Assembly: GCA_016929255.1 (NCBI GenBank)
Contig: JAFGJH010000029.1
Coordinates: 375 to 64,374 of the forward strand
Direction: 5' to 3'
Source: Candidatus Woesearchaeota archaeon
Lineage (GTDB): Archaea; Nanobdellota; Nanobdellia; Woesearchaeales; UBA11576
DNA length: 64,000 nucleotides
The position numbers and the translations under genes are program-made. The notes beneath the pieces are model-generated. The model was given only the letters and a program-made list of their open reading frames with translations, did not search any database and had not been told where the DNA came from. Positions 56,912 to 64,000 of the stretch are shown here, in pieces; position 1 is the first letter of the stretch; each line of letters starts with the position of its first letter.

Positions 56912-57800
56912 CGCCGAGCCTCTTTATCTCGCGGAGGAAGTCGCTGGCTATGAAGCCGAAACCGAAATTGGACCTCTTCAGGAGGAGGTCTCCAATCCTC
57001 TTGCAGTTGTGCGACGCAAGCCCCGCGGACGTGAACAGGTCTGCCGTCTGCGCCACGTATCCTGCGCAGATCCCTGCAAGGATGTCACCTGTCCCGCCGA
57101 CGGTCATACCCGCATTCCCGCCCCTGCTTATCAACGACCTGTCCTTTGATATGACCAGGTCATGCCTGCCCTTGAGCAGCAGGACATTCCCTGCGCTGAA
57201 AAGACCTGAGAGCTCTGCCTGTATCATGCAAATCCTCTCTCCGTCGGAGAGCCTGCTGTCCTTGAGCCCGCCGGCGAGCGCAGTCCTCCTGTTCACCCTG
57301 AGGAACATATCGAACTCGTCCGCGTGGGGTGTGATTATCGCGTTCTTGAGGCGCCTTATCTCTGCTACCTTCACGGCGTCAGCGTCGATTACCATAGGGA
57401 CCCCGATGCCAGAGAAGCCTTTCAGGAGCAGGTTCACCACCCTCGGGCCGACACCAGACATACCAGGGCCGATGAGCACAGCATCGGAGCGCCTGCCAAG
57501 GTCTACCAACGTCCTGACGTGCGGCTCTGATATGTAATCCCCTTTCAGCTTGACAGTGATCAGGTCCGGCGAGAGCGCGTTCATCGCCCAGGCAGCCTTC
57601 TCAGGCGCAGCTATCCTGACCATGTCGCAGCCAGCCCTCAAGGCAGCGAGGCCCGCGAGAGCCGGCGCGCCGACATAGTCTTTGCTCCCTCCTGCAACCA
57701 GGACAAGTCCATTCTGTCCTTTATGAGAATCAGGCTCCCGTCCCGGGAGTGCAAGTCTCGGTCCTCTTCCTTCCCGCGTCATATTATCATCTTTCAGCAA
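56889..57800 (-). CDS. nnrD: ADP-dependent NAD(P)H-hydrate dehydratase (YjeF C-terminal domain family)
   Basis: HKGQNGLVLVAGGSKDYVGAPALAGLAALRAGCDMVRI and GGTGDILAGI are YjeF-C signatures. Confidence 0.7.
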   Translation of the reverse strand: MLKDDNMTREGRGPRLALPGREPDSHKGQNGLVLVAGGSKDYVGAPALAGLAALRAGCDMVRIAAPEKAAWAMNALSPDLITVKLKGDYISEPHVRTLVDLGRRSDAVLIGPGMSGVGPRVVNLLLKGFSGIGVPMVIDADAVKVAEIRRLKNAIITPHADEFDMFLRVNRRTALAGGLKDSRLSDGERICMIQAELSGLFSAGNVLLLKGRHDLVISKDRSLISRGGNAGMTVGGTGDILAGICAGYVAQTADLFTSAGLASHNCKRIGDLLLKRSNFGFGFIASDFLREIKRLGVAGRKVG

Positions 57801-57933
57801 TCTTGAGAACTATATTCCCCTGCCCGTCGAGCTCTAACTTTATCCTAGAACCTTTCTTCCATCCTTTGGCGTCGACCAGTGCCTTTGGAAGGGTTATCTT
57901 GTACTGTTTGTTGTTGTCAAACTGCAGCTTCAC
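57787..57933 (-). CDS. small AbrB/SpoVT/MazE-like swapped-hairpin DNA-binding protein (unlisted ORF, non-ATG start)
   Basis: Translation (V)KLQFDNNKQYKITLPKALVDAKGWKKGSRIKLELDGQGNIVLKIAER matches the AbrB/SpoVT pattern (v.iPk.lr..lg.k.Gd.v.l..d.dG.ivl). GTG/TTG start; its stop overlaps the nnrD start. Confidence 0.35.
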   Translation of the reverse strand: MKLQFDNNKQYKITLPKALVDAKGWKKGSRIKLELDGQGNIVLKIAER

Positions 57934-58524
57934 CAATGCATATCACTTCATACCGCCTGTTCCCTGCAACCGTTCCCTCGAATGAAGGCATTGTTGGAAG
58001 CGGCGCATGTTCGATTGACGATCATCGTCACGGAGGTATCAGCGCATTCGATGTAACGGGGGGTGATAAGCAGCGCCGCTTCCACATGCCTAACCTCTTT
58101 TTCCCCTACAGTGTTCGGACCACGGCAAGGTGCCGCCAAAAATCAAGCATGAATAAATTATATGTATAATTTAATACGTATTTTTATATTTTTTTAAATG
58201 CATTTAATTATAGTTTTATTTATACATATCATCTATTTAAAGGTTTCGGTCAGATTTCCTGGTGGTTTTTTGTTACCACTTACAAATAACTAAAACATCA
58301 CAACATTTAAATAAAAGAAGAGCCAACCTGTAATGGAAACTGCCAATGCATAAAAATAAGCAAATAAACTTACTAAAATTATCCTATTTTAAAAATTAGT
58401 CAGAATTTACTAAAAAACTCACCAGATATGTTTATAATTGAAAGGGGCCTGATATATCCCATAATACTCAAAATACACTGATCAAGCAAAAAGAGCATTC
58501 TTTTGAGAGACCCATTGATCAAAC

Positions 58525-60498
58525 ATGGAAACTGCAGCCAGACTGGAAGGAGAAATGAAAGAAGAATACAGACCAAAAGACATCGGCGAAATAGTCCAAG
58601 ACGCATACGCAGGCCAGACAGCGGTCCATATAGCAGGCCAGGCCAGCAGCCACGCCGCCTATCAGGCTGAATGCCCTGCTGACAACCACACAATCCATCT
58701 TGATCTTTCTGACATCGAAGTAATAAAGGAAAGGCAGCGTCCAAAAGTGACGGGCAAGTGCGTCGGCAACTCATACACCGCCCAGGAGATATTCAGGGTC
58801 ATGGAAGAGTGGTGCCGTGTCAAGCACCACGTCGCAATAACAGAAGCCCTGACCGCAGACGACAAGCAGGGGGGCTGCAGCATAACATACAAGGGGGAAT
58901 GCAGCGTGTATACCGGGCCGGAACAAGCGCTCCGGAACGCGATGATTGCCGTCGACAGGAGCCTTGAGGGCGAGAAGGCCCTGGATGACCTGAAGTTCCA
59001 GATCAGCGAGGAAGCATGCGGAAGGTATGTGATTGAAGAGGCATATGCCAAGACAGAACATTTCCCGGACTCCTATTTCAGGGATGACATCCCGCGAAGC
59101 GAACTTGGACTGCCTGAGTACTGGCCTGTATTCGGAGAGGAAGCGAACTTCCTCGCACTTGAGGAGACTGAAACTGCGCCAGGAAGGAGTAAACCTGACG
59201 TGATAGTCAGGATGTTCAGCGCGCTTTCGAAGATAGCAAGGAACAGCAAGGACGGATACTTCCATCTCAACCCCTACACCACAGAGCCCGTGTTTGTCAA
59301 AGCGATAACAAAGGCGGACGCTGACATGATATACGAGGAGCTGCACACGCATGTCATGCTCGACGGGAGGCATTCTGTACCGCCGCTCGTAGCCATCGAC
59401 GTGATAAAACTGCCCAACAGGGACACACCTGATGCTGATCCTGAACAGAGGGAGCATACCCTGCCCCTGCTCATAACCAGGTACATCGAAGGGACCACGC
59501 TCAATGAGCACATAAAGCAGAAGGGCCTCTCAGAGAGGGACACGCTTTCCCTTTACGCGAAGGTGGCCCGCGCAGTAGCGGGAATACATGATGCAGGAAT
59601 CACACACAGGGACATAAAGCCCAGAAACATCCTGGTCACCCCTGAAGGCGATGTGTTCATAGTCGACTATGGCACAGCGACCGAGAGCTATGACACCCCT
59701 CTGGACGCAGGAAGGCTCAACATGACACCATATTACTGCTCGCCAGAGCATCTTGAATGCGTGGTCGACCCGAAGATGGACATATTCTCGCTCGGCGCGT
59801 CATTCTGCGATACTCTCCTCGGCGCGAGCCCGTTCCACGAACTCGCGAAAAAGATCGAGGACCTCATAAGGCAGGGCAAGCGGCAGAGCGAGGTAGAGGC
59901 GCTGGCGAAGAAGACACCTGTCGATGTGGCAAAAGATCTCCTGAAAAAGCTCTACACGACATTGAAGCAGGAGGCATACATCTCAAAGGGAGGCGACGGA
60001 GAGCAGAGACTGACAATGCTGTCAGACGACCCGAAGAAGCAGGAAGAGCTTGAGGCAAAGCTCCAGAGCACATCAGAGAAGACAAGGGATGTCATATTCA
60101 AGTGCCTCAGAGGCGACATGAAGGACAGGTACAAAGACTGCTATGAGATTGCGACGGCTCTAGACGAGGCTGTCGACTACATGGACCAGCAGCTTTATGA
60201 GATTGTCCTGTATGCACTTGACAAGGACCCCATCTTCGGCAGGAACGCGGAAAGAAAAAGAAAAAGCAACAGAAGACCTTCGATAAGCATCCGCTCCCCT
60301 GAGAAAGAAGATTATGATGAAAGGCTGGCCGAGCTGGTGGCAAGAACATTCGACCTTGCCAAAGACGCCCCTGACAACAGGACTGACACACCAGGCATCT
60401 CAGAAGATAATAGCGACAACAGAGGCGGAGGGAAAGGATACCGCCAAGTGTTCAAAAAAGCAGAATCCTCCAAAAAAAGAAACAGCCACAGAAAGTGA
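58525..60498 (+). CDS. eukaryotic-like Ser/Thr protein kinase with N-terminal Cys-containing domain and long charged C-terminal extension
   Basis: GITHRDIKPRNILV (HRDxKxxN), IVDYGTA (DFG variant DYG), YYCSPE (APE variant SPE), DIFSLGASF (subdomain IX). About 300 aa N-terminal of the kinase domain; C-terminal K/R/E-rich tail. Confidence 0.75.
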   Translation: METAARLEGEMKEEYRPKDIGEIVQDAYAGQTAVHIAGQASSHAAYQAECPADNHTIHLDLSDIEVIKERQRPKVTGKCVGNSYTAQEIFRVMEEWCRVKHHVAITEALTADDKQGGCSITYKGECSVYTGPEQALRNAMIAVDRSLEGEKALDDLKFQISEEACGRYVIEEAYAKTEHFPDSYFRDDIPRSELGLPEYWPVFGEEANFLALEETETAPGRSKPDVIVRMFSALSKIARNSKDGYFHLNPYTTEPVFVKAITKADADMIYEELHTHVMLDGRHSVPPLVAIDVIKLPNRDTPDADPEQREHTLPLLITRYIEGTTLNEHIKQKGLSERDTLSLYAKVARAVAGIHDAGITHRDIKPRNILVTPEGDVFIVDYGTATESYDTPLDAGRLNMTPYYCSPEHLECVVDPKMDIFSLGASFCDTLLGASPFHELAKKIEDLIRQGKRQSEVEALAKKTPVDVAKDLLKKLYTTLKQEAYISKGGDGEQRLTMLSDDPKKQEELEAKLQSTSEKTRDVIFKCLRGDMKDRYKDCYEIATALDEAVDYMDQQLYEIVLYALDKDPIFGRNAERKRKSNRRPSISIRSPEKEDYDERLAELVARTFDLAKDAPDNRTDTPGISEDNSDNRGGGKGYRQVFKKAESSKKRNSHRK

Positions 60499-60534
60499 TG
60501 GGTTACAGATTAATGGGTTACAGATGGATGACGG

Positions 60535-60726
60535 CTATCTTTTTCTGCCTTTGATTCGCGCAACCTTCTGTTGTACGAGCATCCAGATATCGCCCGCCTT
60601 GTCAGCCCTCAGGATCAGCATACCAAGGACAATCATCAGGACTCCCTGAAGAAGCGGAAGGAAAAGCCCTGCTATGCCGAGAAGGATAAGACCTGTGCCC
60701 AGCCCGTACTGCAACGCTTTCAGCAT
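60535..60726 (-). CDS. small 2-TM membrane protein
   Basis: GTGLILLGIAGLFLPLLQGVLMIVLGMLIL plus a basic tail. Confidence 0.35.
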   Translation of the reverse strand: MLKALQYGLGTGLILLGIAGLFLPLLQGVLMIVLGMLILRADKAGDIWMLVQQKVARIKGRKR

Positions 60727-61128
60727 TTTAAACCTCTTAAGGGCACATAATCAGGGGTCGTATTTAAAACTGAGCATAGGGACACAGGGACAGGCAGAGA
60801 GTGCGCAAAAACCCGCGTCAAGAGATTAAAATAGTCACTCGAGAGTGGTTACAAAACGAAAGGTTTAAATATGAGCAGCCCAACCAGACCGTATATATAA
60901 TGCTAAAAAAGGCGGGTGGACAGTTTTGAGCGCTTTAACTAAAAAACAGGGCAGAGCGCTTAAAAGATCCATGCACAAAATGTCCGGGCGACATTTTGGC
61001 ATCCTAAAATCCGCCTGCAAAAGGAAGTACCTGAGAAAGTGCCCGAACAAACCCCGCCTTTCAGTGCGGATCAGGGCAAATCCAGCGGATTTGATGATAT
61101 TCAATAAAGTTGATAGGATGGTGAGAGA

Positions 61129-63606
61129 ATGTCTTTGGAAAAAAAACTAACCCACAGAAAAACTGCTGATGAGAACGCAGGGCTGACTGAGATGGCACAG
61201 GACACATTGTTCACAGGCCTAAGCAGCTTCATGATCAATGAGCAAAGGATGATATCTGAGAAGACAAGGCCAAGGAAGATAAAGCAGGCAGTGGCCCAGC
61301 ACATACAGTCAGCGCTGCCGCAGGGATATTTCGCAAGATCACAGCAAACAGCCATAGAGAACGCAGGATTTGACATATGGCAGGAATATCTGGCGATGAG
61401 CGACGAAGAGAAAGCAACACTCTCCCAAATCCCGACACATTCCCTCAAGGACAGGGTCGCCACAGCAGTCCAGCAATACTTCGAAAGGGCGCAGGACGCA
61501 GAGCACCCCACCAGAGTATACTCAAGATTCATGGCAGAGATCAGCGGCAGAGAGACTTCCAGGCCATTCTGGCAGAAGATGACAAGCGCCGCGGCAGCAC
61601 TCGCGCTTTTCGCGACACTGGGCCTGGCGGGATGCGCACCGAAGGTCACGGACTACAACGACGGCGGAGCATACCCTGACCCTCTTCCGACCATGAACAT
61701 GCATGTAGACGCAGGAACAGTATATGGATTTCCAGACGCCGACGCAGACGAACCTTTGCCAGGAGGGATAAGCGGCGACGGAAGCGGTGCATCAGAGGAC
61801 CTGTCTCTGCCAGCAACAGCACCACCAGACGAGCCTGAGCACCCTGATGAAGACATTGCCGAAAGCGACACAGTAACAACCCCTGCAGAAGGGACATCAG
61901 CTTCAACCGCACCAACTGCAGCTCCTGCAAGCTGCCTGACGGAAACAGTCATACAATTTGGCTACAACACACCCGCACTTACGCCTGAATCAAGGGCGAA
62001 GGTAAGGGAATATGTAAGGGATGCGCATGCCAACGGATTCGACAAGATATACGTCACCACTTTCAGGAGCATCGAGAGCCTGGATGACGGAAGAAACCCG
62101 CAGCTCGACGATGATGATTACAATGTCCGGCTCGGATGGCAGACAGCAGACACTGTCGCGGAAGCCGCTTCTGAGGAGAATGAAGCGCTCGGCAGCAGCA
62201 TCAGCGTCCTAAAGACAACATACGGCGAAGGAGCATCGCAAGGCCCCGGTCTCGCTGAGAACAGGATAGCCGTGCTTTCAACAGCGCCTCTGCCTGACCT
62301 CGACGCGGATCCAGAAGCAGCGGCAAGGATAAGAGGATACGCACGCGGCGTAATATACAGCAACTGCGGATCCACATCTGCAGCCTCAGCTACCGCGCCG
62401 GAAGCGATGCCCGAAGCAGGAACACCTCCTGCTGACACAAGCGCACCAGCACCGGCAGCTCCGGCAGCGCCCGCAGCAACCGCACACGCGCCGGCAGCGC
62501 ATGCGCCTGCGGCAGCACATCCTGCTGCTCCGGCACACGCGCCGTCTCACCCGGCAGTCACACCCGCCACACATATGGGCCCTGCCAATCTCAGCACGGC
62601 TCCTGACGGACACCCTGTCATAACAGCACCGAACGGCGCGGTCATAGACTACGGCACATTCGGCGCTGACCACCCTGCAGGGCCCGCATACGTCCTGCCC
62701 GAGGGCGCAGAGAGCGCGCCTTCTGCACCAGCAGCTGAACCGTCGACACCGACGCCTTCAGCAGAGCCTGCTGCCCCTGCAACAGAACCTGAAGCTGCAT
62801 TGCCAGCTCCCGCAGCACCTGCCGCACCCGCAGAGGAAGAGCCGCTCGCCGGCGAGGAGATACCTGCCAGCATCGTGGCAAGGACAAGCGCGCTCGAGGA
62901 GTTTGTCGAGAGCATGAGCGGAGAGCTGCACAACCTCCACTCATTCATGGACAAGATAGAAGGAGAGTGCTCACCCGGAGGGACAGGCAACACCCTCTGC
63001 GCAGTCGCGGAGCATGACAGCTACATCAACAGGTGCGGAGCTGACGGCAGCCCCAGGACGCCTTCAGCGCCCGGAGAGCTCACCGTCTGCCACGAGGCAC
63101 TGGTCAACGCAAACGCGCAATACGAAAACATAGTCCTTGACATAAACCTTATCTCCACCAATTATCAGGGACTGCTCAGTGAGCTTGAGGCCGCAGGCAT
63201 GGCCCCCGCAGATGTCGAAGGGCTTGAAGAGCTGGGAAACGCAATACGCAGCCTCGAGGCAGCTGTCGAGAGCAGCAGCGGCTCTGACACATCCTCTTCA
63301 AATGCGTACACGCCGCCAGGCAGCATGTACGCGGCACTGCTCGCAGAATACACGAGCACGGCAAGCGGCAGGAGGACTGTCGCAGAGCTGAGGAGCGAGG
63401 GACTGGATGACGCGCTCGCGCTCGTCCCGGCGATGCGCGGAGCGAGATCCACGATTGACGCAGCCCGCAGAGAGGCAAGAAGGGCTGATGCGTATGCGAT
63501 GTATGCAGGCGGAGCATCTGTGCGCGACATAGCTGCAGAGCACGACGTGAGCACAAGCACGGTATACAGGGACCTGAAGGCGTACGCAGAGACAAGACCT
63601 GCTTAG
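61129..63606 (+). CDS. large modular protein: N-terminal soluble domain, TM/lipobox-like segment, OmpA-like domain, Pro/Ala-rich low-complexity region, coiled-coil region and C-terminal HTH
   Basis: AAAALALFATLGLAGCAP (signal peptide with an LAGC lipobox-like motif). VIQFGYNTPALTPESRAKVREY...YVTTFRSIESLDDGRNPQLDDDDYNVRLGWQTADTV resembles the OmpA/MotB C-terminal domain (F..ns..L......L...GhTD..G....N..LS..RA..V). Very GC-rich P/A/T repeats (PAAPAAPAATAHAPAAHAP). C-terminal GGASVRDIAAEHDVSTSTVYRDLKAY (HTH). Confidence 0.5.
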   Translation: MSLEKKLTHRKTADENAGLTEMAQDTLFTGLSSFMINEQRMISEKTRPRKIKQAVAQHIQSALPQGYFARSQQTAIENAGFDIWQEYLAMSDEEKATLSQIPTHSLKDRVATAVQQYFERAQDAEHPTRVYSRFMAEISGRETSRPFWQKMTSAAAALALFATLGLAGCAPKVTDYNDGGAYPDPLPTMNMHVDAGTVYGFPDADADEPLPGGISGDGSGASEDLSLPATAPPDEPEHPDEDIAESDTVTTPAEGTSASTAPTAAPASCLTETVIQFGYNTPALTPESRAKVREYVRDAHANGFDKIYVTTFRSIESLDDGRNPQLDDDDYNVRLGWQTADTVAEAASEENEALGSSISVLKTTYGEGASQGPGLAENRIAVLSTAPLPDLDADPEAAARIRGYARGVIYSNCGSTSAASATAPEAMPEAGTPPADTSAPAPAAPAAPAATAHAPAAHAPAAAHPAAPAHAPSHPAVTPATHMGPANLSTAPDGHPVITAPNGAVIDYGTFGADHPAGPAYVLPEGAESAPSAPAAEPSTPTPSAEPAAPATEPEAALPAPAAPAAPAEEEPLAGEEIPASIVARTSALEEFVESMSGELHNLHSFMDKIEGECSPGGTGNTLCAVAEHDSYINRCGADGSPRTPSAPGELTVCHEALVNANAQYENIVLDINLISTNYQGLLSELEAAGMAPADVEGLEELGNAIRSLEAAVESSSGSDTSSSNAYTPPGSMYAALLAEYTSTASGRRTVAELRSEGLDDALALVPAMRGARSTIDAARREARRADAYAMYAGGASVRDIAAEHDVSTSTVYRDLKAYAETRPA

Positions 63607-63636
63607 AAACAGGACAAACAAGAGGTGCAGAAACAC

Positions 63637-64000
63637 ATGCCAGACCCTTTGAAAGTCAGGCCGCACAGGGCCGCTGAACTCATCCTGGAGGACATACTCA
63701 GTGATGAGGACAAAACAGCCAGCGCCAGGCGGGCGGCAGAGATGACAGCAGCGCTGTCCTTGAAGGACAGCTCAGACCCTGAATACACAACAGGAAATGT
63801 CGTGCTCAACAGGGCATACGAGACACCGCTGGAGGGGATCAGCGGGATGCGGGCAGCATTCAAGACCAAGCTCTACGCACCGCTCGGATTCATCATGCAA
63901 GGCACGGAAACACCTGAAGAGCATGACTGGCTTGACGACTATGATATATTCTTTGTCCAGAGCATGCAGATGATACAGCAACTCGGCAGGCTTGCGAAAG
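63637..64000 (+). CDS. hypothetical protein (5' part; continues beyond window end)
   Basis: AGGTG Shine-Dalgarno about 9 nt upstream of the ATG at 63637 (MPDPLKVRPHRAAELILEDI...); open to the end of the window. Confidence 0.4.
   Translation, partial: MPDPLKVRPHRAAELILEDILSDEDKTASARRAAEMTAALSLKDSSDPEYTTGNVVLNRAYETPLEGISGMRAAFKTKLYAPLGFIMQGTETPEEHDWLDDYDIFFVQSMQMIQQLGRLAK

Noticed and set aside
56786-57150. Apparent 1-nt discrepancy between my manual nucleotide counting and the ORF-track coordinates in this stretch
   Set aside because: Most likely my counting slip or a formatting quirk. ORF-track coordinates were used wherever available, and manually derived coordinates elsewhere are flagged as approximate.
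61101-63666. Numerous Cys/Arg-rich ORFs on both strands across the Pro/Ala-repeat region (e.g. 62386-62673, 63176-63595)
   Set aside because: The high GC and repetitive GCN codons of the sense gene create spurious open frames; none has start-site support.

Overview
This 64-kb window looks archaeal, with a mid-GC, probably small-genome (DPANN-like) character; taxonomy is inferred only. Evidence for an archaeon: a ribosomal-protein cluster (S19e, an unlisted 57-aa L39e, L31e) followed by the H/ACA pseudouridine synthase Cbf5; TYW3/Taw3; a Dph2-like diphthamide enzyme; an archaeal-type PEP carboxylase; and tRNA genes with introns at non-canonical positions. GGAGG-type Shine-Dalgarno sites, TATA-box promoters and several leaderless starts are visible. 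The 5' end is dominated by secreted/surface proteins: a partial CARDB-domain protein and a 2055-aa N-glycosylation-sequon-rich beta-helix/Ig-repeat giant protein with a C-terminal membrane anchor. Downstream lie an Lhr-type helicase, two eukaryotic-like Ser/Thr kinases (11.2 kb and 58.5 kb), and housekeeping genes (RlmH, an RtcB-like ligase, a DUF2064 nucleotidyltransferase-like protein, a HAD hydrolase, an HDAC-family enzyme with a histone-H1-like lysine-rich tail, a Kef-type antiporter, YjeF-C, a CYTH enzyme, a ferritin-like protein). The most conspicuous accessory region is a low-GC island of about 9.4 kb (about 31.8-41.2 kb) just downstream of a tRNA cluster (tRNA-Ala with a T-loop intron, tRNA-Gly, and a duplicated 22-nt tRNA 5' fragment). 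It carries a single-chain MmeI-like type IIG/IIL restriction-modification enzyme, a bacterial-type SAM synthetase (MetK), a MobC-like RHH protein, a membrane-anchored coiled-coil protein with a nuclease-like C-terminus, two unknown proteins and a tyrosine integrase. It is most likely an integrated mobile/defence element. A second candidate system is a five-gene minus-strand operon (48.9-54.7 kb): two paralogous nucleotidyltransferase/HEPN-like genes flank a 685-aa TIM-barrel protein, followed by two unknown proteins. Several intergenic regions look like structured RNAs, for example a 14-bp terminal helix enclosing about 125 nt at 47.42-47.55 kb. No CRISPR array or rRNA gene was found. All domain calls rest on motif recognition by eye, without database searches. 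Manually derived coordinates may be off by 1 nt.
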